From positions 13,038-77,037 of the forward strand of contig JBQTHI010000012.1 of NCBI GenBank assembly GCA_052390035.1: 64,000 bases of DNA, read 5' to 3'. Source of the DNA: Actinomycetota bacterium. Lineage in GTDB: Bacteria; Actinomycetota; Acidimicrobiia; Spongiisociales; ZC4RG35. This document shows, piece after piece, positions 51,032 to 60,801 of this stretch. Each line of letters begins with the position of its first letter. Position 1 is the first letter of the stretch. The position numbers and the translations under genes were made by a program. The notes under the pieces were generated by a model. The model saw nothing but the letters and a program-made list of their open reading frames with translations. It did not search any database and had not been told where the DNA came from.

Positions 51032-52213
51032 ATGCGTCGCTGGTTCTTCGCATCGGAGTCGGTGACCGAGGGTCACCCCGACAAGGTCGCCGATGCGGTG
51101 TCCGACGCGGTGCTCGACGCCGTCCTCGCTCAGGACCCGCAGGGACGGGTCGCCTGCGAGACCCTGGTCACCAGCGGCAAGGTGGTGGTGGCGGGCGAGC
51201 TCAACACCACCGCATCGGTGGAGGTCGAGAAGGTTGCCAGGGAGGCGATCGCCGACATCGGATATGTCGGAGATTCGGACTTCGCCGCCGACAGCATTGA
51301 GGTCCAGGTCCTCGTCCATCAACAGAGCCCCGACATCGCTGCCGGCGTGGCGAGGGCGGAGGAGGCGCGCGCCGGCTCGGCCGATCGCTTCGACGAGTTG
51401 GGCGCAGGTGATCAAGGGATCATGTTCGGGTTCGCCGTCGACGAGAGCCCGGAACTGATGCCGGTGCCGATCCTCTTGGCTCACCGCCTCGCCGAACGCC
51501 TCGCCGACGTGCGCCGGAACGGCACGCTCAATTATCTGAGACCCGACGGCAAAACCCAGGTCATGGTCGAATACGAGGGCGGCAGGCCCCTGCGGGTGGC
51601 GAGTGTCTTGATCTCGGCGCATCACGCACCCGGAGTCGACATCGATGGTCGAATGAAGAACGACCTTTGGGAGCAGGTGGTGGTCAGTTCGATCCCCGCC
51701 AATCTGCTCGACCCGGAGGCTTCGTTCTACGTCAACCCTTCGGGCAGGTTCGAGGTCGGTGGCCCCCATGCCGACACCGGTCTGACCGGTCGGAAGATCA
51801 TCGTCGACACCTACGGCGGCTATGCCCGTCATGGTGGGGGAGCGTTCTCGGGGAAAGATCCGACCAAGGTTGACCGATCGGCTGCTTACGCCGCCCGCAA
51901 CGCCGCCAAGACAGTGGTGGCCGCCGGCTTGGCCGGTCGCTGTGAAGTCCAACTCGCCTATGCCATCGGGCGGGCGGCACCCTTTTCCATTTACGTCGAC
52001 ACCGCCGGAACCTCAAACATCGCTCCCGATCGACTGGAACGGTTGGTCGCCGAATTCTTCGACTTCCGCCCGGCGGCGATCATCGAACGGTTTGACCTGC
52101 AACGCCCGATTTACCGGGCGACCGCTGCTTACGGGCACTTCGGGCGGCCCGACTTTCCCTGGGAGACGACCTTCCAAGCCAATGCTCTGGGACAGGCGGC
52201 ACAATCGCTTTGA
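51032..52213 (+). CDS. metK: S-adenosylmethionine synthase
   Basis: [44 protein letters not shown] and [19 protein letters not shown]. The start was trimmed to the ATG at 51032. Confidence 0.95.
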   Translation: MRRWFFASESVTEGHPDKVADAVSDAVLDAVLAQDPQGRVACETLVTSGKVVVAGELNTTASVEVEKVAREAIADIGYVGDSDFAADSIEVQVLVHQQSPDIAAGVARAEEARAGSADRFDELGAGDQGIMFGFAVDESPELMPVPILLAHRLAERLADVRRNGTLNYLRPDGKTQVMVEYEGGRPLRVASVLISAHHAPGVDIDGRMKNDLWEQVVVSSIPANLLDPEASFYVNPSGRFEVGGPHADTGLTGRKIIVDTYGGYARHGGGAFSGKDPTKVDRSAAYAARNAAKTVVAAGLAGRCEVQLAYAIGRAAPFSIYVDTAGTSNIAPDRLERLVAEFFDFRPAAIIERFDLQRPIYRATAAYGHFGRPDFPWETTFQANALGQAAQSL

Positions 52214-53991
52214 TCCCGGCCGTCCGGGTAATCCCGGCCGTCCCCAGCTTCACAGTTGATGGCGGATATTGGTACGCGTTGACCCCCGAGCAGTCCAGAC
52301 TCGTACGAACCGGAACGATGGTGCGCGTGCCCTTGTCAGGTCGGCGCGTGCGTGGATACGTTGTCGAAACCGGAGAGCGAGACCCGGCACGCCTGAAGCC
52401 CGTCGCGGCAGTTTCAATGGTCATCCCGCTCTTCGACGGGCAGTTGCTGGCGGCGCTGGAATGGGCGGCGCTGCGCTACGTAGCCCCCAAGTCGGTGATG
52501 TTGGACCGCGCCTCTCCCCCCAATCTGGTGAACGCCTCCGAACCGCCCACAACCTCCTCGACTGTGGCTTCCCCGCCCACCAGCCGTCACCCGCTGGCGA
52601 GTTGGGCAAAGGCGGTGGCTGCTGGCGGTCGGCGGCCGCCGGTGGCCTATCTCGGAAGATGGGGGGATATGGAATGGCTGGCCACGACCGCGACACCAGC
52701 GCTGGAATCTGGTCGAAGTGTCGTTGTGATTGCCGCCACTGGCGCTGAGGTCGGGACGCTCTCAGAATTCGCCCGGCGGCTCGGAGTGGCGCCGACCGCG
52801 GTCATGCCGGAAATGTCCGACTCCCAGGTGACCGCCGCCTGGAGCGCCCTCCAATCACCCCCCCGGCTGCTCATAGGCACTCCTCGGGTAGCGGCATGGC
52901 CGGCTCCCGATCTGGCTGCATTGCTGGTCGTGGAGGAGGGTCGGCGCGCAATGAAGGATCGCCAGACACCCACAGTGGCGGTTCGGGACCTGGTTCGTAC
53001 CAGGGCAGCACTCGCCGGATTCGGGTTGGCCTTCGTCGGTCCCACCCCCACTCTCGAAACGATCGCTCTGGGAGCCACTGTGGTCCGTGCGAGCCGGCGG
53101 GCGTGGCCTGCCGTCGAGGTGGTCGATCGCCGGGACGAGCCGCCGACGCCCGGCCTGGTGGGCAGCTCTGCTCTAGCGGCCATACGGGCGGTCCTTGGTC
53201 GCGGAGGGAACGTCTTTGTGTTTGCTCATCGCCGGGGGTATTCCCCGGCCTCCCGTTGCGAACGGTGCAGAACCCTCCGGCGTTGCCAGCGTTGCGGCTC
53301 CCGACCGGAGCCGGGACCGTCCTGTCCTCGCTGCGGCGCCGCGCTCGGCCCTTGCCTCTCCGGCGGGCACGACCGATTTGTCCCATTGGGGGCGGGGGTA
53401 GGACGGGTTGCCGAGGAGTTGCGGCGCTTTTTCGGGGCGGAGGTGGGACAGGCGCCCTCCTCGACCCATTTGCAGGTTGGCAGTGAGGCCGACCTGGCCG
53501 GTCTCGGCCGTCAGGATCTGACGGTGGCGGTCGACGCCGACGGCTTGATCCTGGGATCGCACTTCCGGTCTGCCGAGGAGGCGCTGCGCATCCTGGCCCG
53601 GGTGGTCGGGCGGGTCGGCGGCTCGTCAAGTCGCGGATTGATTCAGACGTACATGCCCGACCACCCAGTGGTGCTTGCGCTTCGCAGCGGCGACCCCGCA
53701 GTTTTCGCCGAGGCCGAGCTCGGGGCTCGGCGCAATCTCGGATTTCCTCCCTACTCCCAACTTTTGGTGCTGGAGGCGCGCGGCGAACTTCCCAAAGGGG
53801 CCGAAGCTGCGCTGGCGGAAGCGACGAAAACTGCCACGGTGCTAGGACCCGATTTTCGCAACGGCCGGCAGAGTTGGCTGGTGCAGGGCCTCGACTTGGG
53901 CCCGACCCGGCTCTCCCTTCGTCCGTTGGTCCAACGCTGGCGAGACGCTGGCGTTACGATGCGAATCAACGTTGATCCTTTGGAGCTCTAG
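52210..53991 (+). CDS. priA: primosomal protein N' (PriA) homologue with degenerate ATPase motifs
   Basis: N-terminal 3'-DNA-binding block [15 protein letters not shown] and the Cys-rich zinc region [14 protein letters not shown]...CPRCG. It has the conserved position after metK. The Walker A and DEEH motifs are not recognisable. Confidence 0.7.
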   Translation: MIPAVRVIPAVPSFTVDGGYWYALTPEQSRLVRTGTMVRVPLSGRRVRGYVVETGERDPARLKPVAAVSMVIPLFDGQLLAALEWAALRYVAPKSVMLDRASPPNLVNASEPPTTSSTVASPPTSRHPLASWAKAVAAGGRRPPVAYLGRWGDMEWLATTATPALESGRSVVVIAATGAEVGTLSEFARRLGVAPTAVMPEMSDSQVTAAWSALQSPPRLLIGTPRVAAWPAPDLAALLVVEEGRRAMKDRQTPTVAVRDLVRTRAALAGFGLAFVGPTPTLETIALGATVVRASRRAWPAVEVVDRRDEPPTPGLVGSSALAAIRAVLGRGGNVFVFAHRRGYSPASRCERCRTLRRCQRCGSRPEPGPSCPRCGAALGPCLSGGHDRFVPLGAGVGRVAEELRRFFGAEVGQAPSSTHLQVGSEADLAGLGRQDLTVAVDADGLILGSHFRSAEEALRILARVVGRVGGSSSRGLIQTYMPDHPVVLALRSGDPAVFAEAELGARRNLGFPPYSQLLVLEARGELPKGAEAALAEATKTATVLGPDFRNGRQSWLVQGLDLGPTRLSLRPLVQRWRDAGVTMRINVDPLEL

Positions 53992-54044
53992 TCGCAGGAC
54001 TTTGGGCCAATCGGACCCTGAGAGCCCGTCGCTCACTGCTTATT

Positions 54045-54566
54045 GTGGCGACCCAAATGCCGCTTTTCCCCATCCGAACCTTCGGAGACCCGGTGTTGCG
54101 GATGCCGGCGACCCGTGTCAAGTCGATCGACGACGTCGTTCACCGTTTGGTGGCCGACATGATCGAAACCATGTACGACGCGCCCGGCGTCGGTCTGGCG
54201 GCGCCCCAACTCGGAATTTCGAAGGCTGTAGTGGTCTTCGACGCCCAAGACGATTCCGGAGCCCACGCGTTGATCAACCCGGAGTTGATCGAGACGTCGG
54301 GCGACTATGAATTCGAAGAAGGATGCCTGTCGGTGCCGGGCCACTATTGGCCGGTTGTCCGACCCAGCTTCGCCCGGGCGCGGGGTCTGGACCTCAACGG
54401 AAGCGAGATCGAATACGCCGGCGACGGCCTGCTAGGTCGAATTCTCCAGCACGAAATCGATCATCTGGGCGGCATCCTGCTAATCGAACGGCTCGACAAG
54501 AAGACTCGCAAGCAAGCTTTGCGAGATCTCCGCAACGAGGCATTGGGCCTGTCCGTCGATAGGTAA
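54045..54566 (+). CDS. def: peptide deformylase
   Basis: GVGLAAPQ, EGCLSVPG and HEIDHLGG. Confidence 0.9.
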   Translation: MATQMPLFPIRTFGDPVLRMPATRVKSIDDVVHRLVADMIETMYDAPGVGLAAPQLGISKAVVVFDAQDDSGAHALINPELIETSGDYEFEEGCLSVPGHYWPVVRPSFARARGLDLNGSEIEYAGDGLLGRILQHEIDHLGGILLIERLDKKTRKQALRDLRNEALGLSVDR

Positions 54567-54571
54567 GGCCG

Positions 54572-55492
54572 GTGAATCGACCCACAGCCGCGTTCTTCGG
54601 CACTCCCGAGGCGGCCGTCCCTTCGCTTCGGGCTCTCCATGCTGCACTTACGGTGAAGATTGTCATCACCCGGCCAGATCGTCCCAAGGGTCGTTCGGGC
54701 GCCGCTTCACCGCCCCCCGTCAAGAAGGCCGCGCTCGAGTTGGGTTTGAGGGTGGCGGCGCCGCAGAAGCGCGACGATCTGGTGCGGGTGGTGTCGGCAT
54801 CCGGCCCGCTCGACGTGGCGGTGGTGACGGCGTTCGGGATGGTCATCCCGGGCGAGGCGCTGACCATCCCCGCCGCCGGATTCCTCAATGTGCACTTCTC
54901 CCTGCTGCCCCGATGGAGAGGCGCTTCGCCGGTAACCGCAGCCATCGCCGCCGGCGATGATGAGACTGGAGTGACGGTGATGTCCCTTGACGAGGGACTT
55001 GACACTGGGCCATTGATCGCCGCCCGTCCCACTCCGATCGGAGCCGCTGAGACCGGGGGAGAGCTGACCAGGCGGTTGGCAGACTTGGGCGCCAGCCTGC
55101 TCGGGGAGGTGCTGGCGCCCTGGGTTGCGGGCGAATTGACGGCGACCCCCCAACCTGGCGGTGCGGCGACCAATGCGCCCAGGATCCGGCCACAAGACTT
55201 GGCGATCGATCTCTTTCGCCCGGCGGCGGAGAACTGTCGTCGGATCAGGGCGTTCGCCCCCGAACCCGGCGCATTTGTGATCTTCGACGGGGAGCGGACC
55301 AAACTGTTGACTGCGATCGCCCATTCGGGCCAGATGGTCTCCGGCACCCTCCTCGTCGAAGGGACCCGCCTCCTGATCGGATCCGGCGGCACCACCCTGG
55401 AGGTCCTATCGCTGCAACCTGCCGGTAAACGCTCGATGAGCGTGGCGGAGTGGTTGCGGGGGCGGCGGTCGGGCCCCACGCTGGTCACCTGA
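54572..55492 (+). CDS. fmt: methionyl-tRNA formyltransferase
   Basis: FFGTPEAAVPSL and NVHFSLLPRWRGASPV, plus a C-terminal OB-like domain. Confidence 0.9.
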   Translation: MNRPTAAFFGTPEAAVPSLRALHAALTVKIVITRPDRPKGRSGAASPPPVKKAALELGLRVAAPQKRDDLVRVVSASGPLDVAVVTAFGMVIPGEALTIPAAGFLNVHFSLLPRWRGASPVTAAIAAGDDETGVTVMSLDEGLDTGPLIAARPTPIGAAETGGELTRRLADLGASLLGEVLAPWVAGELTATPQPGGAATNAPRIRPQDLAIDLFRPAAENCRRIRAFAPEPGAFVIFDGERTKLLTAIAHSGQMVSGTLLVEGTRLLIGSGGTTLEVLSLQPAGKRSMSVAEWLRGRRSGPTLVT

Positions 55493-55594
55493 AAGCGACC
55501 AATGGTGGAGTAAACCGTCGAAATTGAGTTCACTATCTCATCGGTTGCCAGGACATCACCGTTTGGCTGAACAGGGCACCGGTACAATTCAGCC

Positions 55595-56260
55595 ATGGGT
55601 CCCATGCGGTTTGCCCCGTCCTTGCTGGCCGCCGACTTCGGGCGACTGGCGGATGAGGTGGCGGCCGTTGAAGCCGAAGCCGACCTTCTCCATCTGGACA
55701 TCATGGATGGCCACTTTGTGCCCAACATCAGCTTCGGCATCCCGGTCATCTCTTCGCTCCGAGGTCAGACCCGTTTGATCTTCGACTGCCACCTGATGAC
55801 CACCAACCCCGACGCCTACCTGGAGGAGTTAGCCGAGGCAGGTGCCGATCTCGTAACCATGCACATCGAGGCCGTTCCCGACCCCACCTTCGCCGCTAAG
55901 AAGGCGGCAGCAAACGGACTCGGCTTCGGCCTGGTCGTATCGCCTCCCACTCCAATCGAGGCGATCATCCCCTTCATCGAAGGGACCGATCTCATATTGA
56001 TCATGTCGGTAAACCCGGGGTTTGGTGGCCAACAGTTCATGCCGGAGGTACTCGGAAAGGTGAGGGCTGCTCGGAATTGGATTGAGTCTCATGGGCTCGA
56101 CACCGATATTCAGATCGATGGCGGCATCACGGCCAGCACCATTGGCGCCGCCCGAGACGCCGGGGCGAACGTCTTCGTGGCCGGCAGCGCAGTTTTTGGC
56201 GCCTCCGACCCTGCCGAAGCCATTCGCCTCCTGCGACGGGCGATCGAGGTAGCGAGGTGA
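55595..56260 (+). CDS. rpe: ribulose-phosphate 3-epimerase
   Basis: APSLLAADF, HLDIMDGHFVPN, HLM, MSVNPGFGGQ and DGGI. Confidence 0.9.
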   Translation: MGPMRFAPSLLAADFGRLADEVAAVEAEADLLHLDIMDGHFVPNISFGIPVISSLRGQTRLIFDCHLMTTNPDAYLEELAEAGADLVTMHIEAVPDPTFAAKKAAANGLGFGLVVSPPTPIEAIIPFIEGTDLILIMSVNPGFGGQQFMPEVLGKVRAARNWIESHGLDTDIQIDGGITASTIGAARDAGANVFVAGSAVFGASDPAEAIRLLRRAIEVAR

Positions 56261-57186
56261 GCGAACGCATCCTCGTCGTAGATGATGACCCCGACATCCT
56301 TCAGGTGGTCAAGATCAATCTGGAGTTGGAGGGCTTTGACGTCGACACCGCCGAAGACGGCCGAGAGGCCGTTGACAAGGCCATAGTCGACCCTCCCCAT
56401 CTCATTCTGCTCGACATCATGATGCCGCGGATGGATGGTCTGACCGCCCTCCGCCGGATTCGCGCCCACGGGCCTGCCGGTAACACCTCGGTGATCCTGC
56501 TGACGGCCCGCGGCCTACCGGAGGATCGCGTGAAGGGCTTGGAGTTGGGGGCCGACGACTACGTCACCAAGCCCTTCGAGATCAACGAACTGGTTGCCCG
56601 CGTGAAGGCCGTGCTTCGTCGCACCCAGGCGGCTCGGGACCTCTCCCCGCTCACCGGTCTTCCCGGCAACTTCCGCATCGGACAGGAAATCGAGCAAAGG
56701 GTCGAGGCGGGTGGGCAATTTGCCCTGATTCACTGCGATCTCGACAACTTCAAGGCGTTCAACGACCACTACGGCTTCATGCGGGGAGACGAGGTGATCC
56801 GCTTCTGTGCCCGTTGCCTGGCGACAGCCACCGAAGAGATCGGCGAGCCCGACGCCTTCGTCGGCCATATTGGCGGCGACGACTTCGTTGCTCTCCTGTC
56901 GGCCGACAAGGCCGAAGAGTTCTGCAAACGAGTGATCGAAAGTTTCGATGACGGAATCCTCGACTACTACGACACCGCCGATGCGCTCCGGGGCTACATC
57001 GAGGTGATCGACCGGAGAGGAGAGCGGTACGCCTTTCCGATGGTGTCGATTTCGTTGGGGGTGGCGAACAACATTCTGCGGCCTATCACTTCGCAGTGGG
57101 AGGCTTCGGCCATTGCCGTTGAAATGAAGGAGTTCGCCAAGAAGAAATCGGGCTCCTCGTTCGAAATCGACCGTCGCTCCACCTGA
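56257..57186 (+). CDS. response regulator with receiver domain and GGDEF-family domain (GGDDF variant)
   Basis: REC domain: ILVVDDDPD, LILLDIMMP, LLTA and VTKPF. GGDEF domain: LTGLPGNF, HCDLDNFKAFNDHYGFMRGDEV and HIGGDDFVAL. GTGA start overlap with rpe. Its stop lies 1 nt before the ribD GTG. Confidence 0.8.
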   Translation: MSERILVVDDDPDILQVVKINLELEGFDVDTAEDGREAVDKAIVDPPHLILLDIMMPRMDGLTALRRIRAHGPAGNTSVILLTARGLPEDRVKGLELGADDYVTKPFEINELVARVKAVLRRTQAARDLSPLTGLPGNFRIGQEIEQRVEAGGQFALIHCDLDNFKAFNDHYGFMRGDEVIRFCARCLATATEEIGEPDAFVGHIGGDDFVALLSADKAEEFCKRVIESFDDGILDYYDTADALRGYIEVIDRRGERYAFPMVSISLGVANNILRPITSQWEASAIAVEMKEFAKKKSGSSFEIDRRST

Positions 57187-57187
57187 G

Positions 57188-58324
57188 GTGCCGGGAGGTC
57201 ACCATCCGCCCTCTGACGCCGAAACGACATGGGCGGCGCCGATGCGAAGGGCACTCGATCTTGCTTCGGCGCATTACCCCCATCCCAACCCGCGGGTCGG
57301 CGCCGTCCTTCTGAGTGAGGCCGGTGAGGTGGTAGGGGAGGGCGCTCATGCCGGCCCCGGCCACCCCCATGCAGAGATCCTGGCAATCCAACAGGCGGGC
57401 GCCCTCTCGCAAGGCGCGACGATGGTTGTAACCCTGGAGCCGTGCAGTCACCTCGGGCGTACCCCGCCCTGCATCGATGCAATAGCTGAGGCCGGCATCT
57501 CGGCGGTGGTGATCGCGGCCAGCGATCCGGATAAACGGGTCTCTGGTAAAGGTGTAGCCGGTCTGAACGCCCGGCGAATCAACGTCATCGAAGGGGTGCT
57601 TGCTGGCGCGTCGGAAGAGATCGACCCCGCTTACTTCCACCATCGCCGGCGAGGCCGTCCCCTTATCACCTACAAGACCGCCCTGACCATCGATGGCCAA
57701 ACGGCCGCCGCCGACGGGTCATCCCGCTGGTTGACCGGTCCCCTGGCCCGAGCCGACGCCCACCAGTTGCGGTCGAAAGCCGACGCGATCATGGTCGGAG
57801 CAGGGACTGTATTAGCTGACAACCCCCGCCTCGACGTTCGCTTGCCTGGATACATCGGCCATCAACCCCGTCCGGTAGTGGTGATCGGGCGACGGTCGCT
57901 GCCCCAGTCGGCGGCGATTTGGGACCAGAACCCTGTAGTCGTGGTCGCCGCTCCCTGGTCGTGGCCAGATGACGTGGTGGTGGCCAATGCTGAGTTGCTG
58001 ACAGTCGAAGGCGACGACCGGGGACTGCCCAACCTCGCCGCCGCCGTTAGCGCCCTAGCCGAGCTCGGGTTGCTGGATGTCGTGGTTGAGGGAGGACCCA
58101 CCCTCGCGGCCGGTCTATGGGACCGGAACCTGATTGATCGAGGGGTTTTCTACCTCGCCGGCCTCGTCGCCGGGGGCGCCGGGCACCCAGTGTTTACCGG
58201 GAGCTGGCCGACCGTGTCTGACGGCCGCCCGGTGGAGATAACCTCGGTGCTACAGCTTGGTCCCGACCTTCGGGTCGACTTCACGGCAGCCGAATTCGTT
58301 CCGGGCCCATCACAACGGGAATAA
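57188..58324 (+). CDS. ribD: bifunctional diaminohydroxyphosphoribosylaminopyrimidine deaminase / 5-amino-6-(5-phosphoribosylamino)uracil reductase
   Basis: Deaminase zinc motifs HAEILAI and PCSHLGRTPPC, plus a reductase half (KTALTIDGQ, VVEGGPTLA). The start is the GTG at 57188 or the ATG at 57242. Confidence 0.9.
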   Translation: MPGGHHPPSDAETTWAAPMRRALDLASAHYPHPNPRVGAVLLSEAGEVVGEGAHAGPGHPHAEILAIQQAGALSQGATMVVTLEPCSHLGRTPPCIDAIAEAGISAVVIAASDPDKRVSGKGVAGLNARRINVIEGVLAGASEEIDPAYFHHRRRGRPLITYKTALTIDGQTAAADGSSRWLTGPLARADAHQLRSKADAIMVGAGTVLADNPRLDVRLPGYIGHQPRPVVVIGRRSLPQSAAIWDQNPVVVVAAPWSWPDDVVVANAELLTVEGDDRGLPNLAAAVSALAELGLLDVVVEGGPTLAAGLWDRNLIDRGVFYLAGLVAGGAGHPVFTGSWPTVSDGRPVEITSVLQLGPDLRVDFTAAEFVPGPSQRE

Positions 58325-58355
58325 ATCAGGGGCGAAGGTATTAGAACGGGTCAAA

Positions 58356-58943
58356 GTGTTCACCGGAATAGTTCAGACAATCGGTGTTATTCGCACCATC
58401 GACGGATCTGCCGACGGCCGGCGCCTTGAGACCAGGGCGAACCTGGAGAACCTCAAGACGGGTGACTCGGTTGCGGTCAACGGGGTCTGCCTCACCACGA
58501 TCTCGGTGAGCCAAGACTCGTTTCAGGCAGACGTGGTGGCCGAAACCCTGCGGCGGACCAACCTCGGACACTTGTTGGCCGGCGATCGGGTCAATCTCGA
58601 ACAGCCGCTTCGCGCCGACGGGAGGCTCGACGGACACATCGTTCAAGGCCATGTCGACACAGTTGGGGCGGTTATCACCGTCGAAGCCGACGGGGACGGC
58701 CGCATGATCACAATAAATGTTGGACCCCGGTTCTCCCGCTACCTCGTTGAGAAAGGCTCGGTGACGGTGGACGGCGTGAGCCTGACCGTTGCCAAACTCA
58801 CCGAACATGGTTTTGCGGCGGCGCTCATCCCCCATACCCTCCTCGTCACGACACTCGGGTTGCGCAAAGTCGGCGACCCGGTGAACCTGGAGTTTGACGT
58901 GTTGGCCAAATACGTGGAGCGACTGCTGGCGGAACGGTCATGA
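58356..58943 (+). CDS. ribE: riboflavin synthase
   Basis: [20 protein letters not shown] repeated as [10 protein letters not shown], and HIVQGHVD. The start was trimmed to the GTG at 58356. Confidence 0.9.
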   Translation: MFTGIVQTIGVIRTIDGSADGRRLETRANLENLKTGDSVAVNGVCLTTISVSQDSFQADVVAETLRRTNLGHLLAGDRVNLEQPLRADGRLDGHIVQGHVDTVGAVITVEADGDGRMITINVGPRFSRYLVEKGSVTVDGVSLTVAKLTEHGFAAALIPHTLLVTTLGLRKVGDPVNLEFDVLAKYVERLLAERS

Positions 58944-60157
58944 GCTTTGCCCCCATCGACGAATTGGTGGCGGCCATCGCCCGCGGCGAGATGGTCATAG
59001 TGGTCGACGACGCTGATCGGGAGAACGAAGGTGACCTCATCGTGGCTGCCGAAACCGTCGATGCCGCCAAGATCGGGTTCATGATCAGGCACTCGAGCGG
59101 GATCCTTACGGTGCCGATGCTGGGGGAACGTTTGGATAGCCTCGACCTGCCGATGATGGTGCATCGCAACACTGATCGGCGGAGGACCGCCTTCACGATT
59201 AGCGTCGATTCCCGAAGTGGCACGACCACCGGAATCTCGGCGGCAGACCGGGCCCACACGGTCAAGGTCCTGATCGATCCGCAAACCGCACCGGAAGACC
59301 TCGCCAGGCCGGGCCACGTTTACCCGCTGCGTTACGAACCGGGCGGGGTGTTGAAGCGAGCCGGTCACACCGAGGCCGCGGTCGACCTTGCCCGGTTGGC
59401 CGGTCTCTATCCAGCCGGAGTACTTGCCGAGGTTATGAACGACGATGGGACGGTGGCACGCCTCCCCGACCTCGAGCGATTCGCCAAAGAACATCACCTG
59501 CTGCTGGGCACCATCGCCGACCTCATCGCCCACCGCCGCAGGTTTGAGAAACTGGTGGAGCGGGCCGTAGAAGCCAGGGTGCCCACTTCATTAGGAGAGT
59601 TCCGAGCCGTTGGATATCGCTCGTTGATCGACGATCGACATCACCTGGCGCTGGTCAAAGGCGACCTGGGAGACGGTGAGGAAGTGCTGGTTAGGGTCCA
59701 CTCCGAATGTCTGACAGGCGACGTTTTTGGCAGCCGGCGTTGTGACTGCGGAACCCAAAAAGACCTCGCTCTTGCCAAGATCGCTTCAGAAGGCCGGGGG
59801 GTGTTCCTTTACATTCGGGGTCATGAGGGGCGGGGGGTCGGTTTGCTCAAGAAGCTTGAGGCCTACAACCTTCAGGATCAGGATCGGGACACCGTCGAAG
59901 CGAATCTCGATCTGGGGCTACCGGTTGATGCCCGTGACTACGGCGTTGGATCACAGATTCTTTATGACCTCGGTGTGCGCTCGATGCGGCTCTTGACCAA
60001 CAACCCGACCAAGCGCGCCGGGATCGAGGGTTACGGGCTTTCCATTGTCGAGCGGATCCCACTGCGGGTGTCCCCCAATTCGGAAAACGAGCGCTACCTG
60101 CACACCAAGGCGAGCAAGCTCGGGCATCTTTTCGACGACGACGGCATCGAGTTTTGA
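58940..60157 (+). CDS. ribBA: bifunctional 3,4-dihydroxy-2-butanone-4-phosphate synthase / GTP cyclohydrolase II
   Basis: [39 protein letters not shown] and MRLLTNNP. The start is ATGA-coupled to ribE. Confidence 0.95.
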   Translation: MSFAPIDELVAAIARGEMVIVVDDADRENEGDLIVAAETVDAAKIGFMIRHSSGILTVPMLGERLDSLDLPMMVHRNTDRRRTAFTISVDSRSGTTTGISAADRAHTVKVLIDPQTAPEDLARPGHVYPLRYEPGGVLKRAGHTEAAVDLARLAGLYPAGVLAEVMNDDGTVARLPDLERFAKEHHLLLGTIADLIAHRRRFEKLVERAVEARVPTSLGEFRAVGYRSLIDDRHHLALVKGDLGDGEEVLVRVHSECLTGDVFGSRRCDCGTQKDLALAKIASEGRGVFLYIRGHEGRGVGLLKKLEAYNLQDQDRDTVEANLDLGLPVDARDYGVGSQILYDLGVRSMRLLTNNPTKRAGIEGYGLSIVERIPLRVSPNSENERYLHTKASKLGHLFDDDGIEF

Positions 60158-60615
60158 ACGTTTCTGAGATCCACCCGGCTGATGAGGCATCGGAGCTCAC
60201 CGTGGGCCTCGCCGTGGCAAACTTCAACCAGGCGATCACCGACCGGCTTCTTGGCGGAGCCTTGACGACCCTCGAGTCCCGGGGCATAGCGGAGGCGATG
60301 ATCCTCCGGGTGGCGGGTGCCTGGGAATTGGCCGTGGCCGCCTCGGAGTTGATAAGCAGGGGGTGTGGGGCGGTAGTGGCGATCGGAGCGGTCATCAGGG
60401 GCGACACCGATCACTACGAGGTTATTGTGCGCGAGTCCGCCGCCGGTCTCACCAAAGTGGCTCTCGAGCGCCGGGTTCCAATCGGCAACGCGGTCTTGGC
60501 CGCGCACGACTTCGATCAGGCCTGGGATCGATCGGAGCCGGGACCTGGGAACCAAGGAGCGGAGGCCGCCGAGGCGGCGGTGGCGGCGGCCCTCGCCATC
60601 CGCGGCCAGTCATGA
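60154..60615 (+). CDS. ribH: 6,7-dimethyl-8-ribityllumazine synthase
   Basis: [40 protein letters not shown] and GNKG-like NQGAEAA. Confidence 0.9.
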   Translation: MNVSEIHPADEASELTVGLAVANFNQAITDRLLGGALTTLESRGIAEAMILRVAGAWELAVAASELISRGCGAVVAIGAVIRGDTDHYEVIVRESAAGLTKVALERRVPIGNAVLAAHDFDQAWDRSEPGPGNQGAEAAEAAVAAALAIRGQS

Positions 60616-60750
60616 CCGGCGGCCCGCTAAGATTTCGCCATCCACAAGATCAAGCGGAGGCTTGCTGCTTCCCACCTGGCCACCCGCGGTGCGCCGGGTT
60701 TGTGCCAGGGTATACCGCAGGGTTCATGACCTTGACGGCCTCCCCGGCTC

Positions 60751-60782
60751 GAGCAGCAGGCGCCGCCTGCTGCTTTTTCGTT
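60751..60782 (+). terminator. intrinsic terminator-like hairpin (candidate attenuator) directly upstream of infC
   Basis: AGCAGCAGG (60752-60760), loop CGCCG, CCTGCTGCT (60766-60774), then TTTTCGTT. This is a perfect 9-bp GC-rich stem plus a T-tract, ending about 10 nt before the infC Shine-Dalgarno. An alternative pairing involves 60661-60670. Confidence 0.55.
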
Positions 60783-60801
60783 GACGAATAGGAGGTTGGA
60801 C

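Noticed and set aside
50576-51952. 458-aa minus-strand ORF antisense to coaBC/metK
   Set aside because: It is antisense to two highly conserved genes and has no recognisable domain.
55493-55594. Possible FMN (RFN) riboswitch ahead of the rpe-rib run
   Set aside because: The spacer is only 102 nt, and I could not find the conserved RFN core sequences by eye. An Infernal scan would be decisive.
54394-55749. 451-aa minus-strand ORF antisense to def, fmt and the rpe start
   Set aside because: It is R/S/A/P-rich antisense-frame product that crosses two intergenic spacers without any start context or motif.
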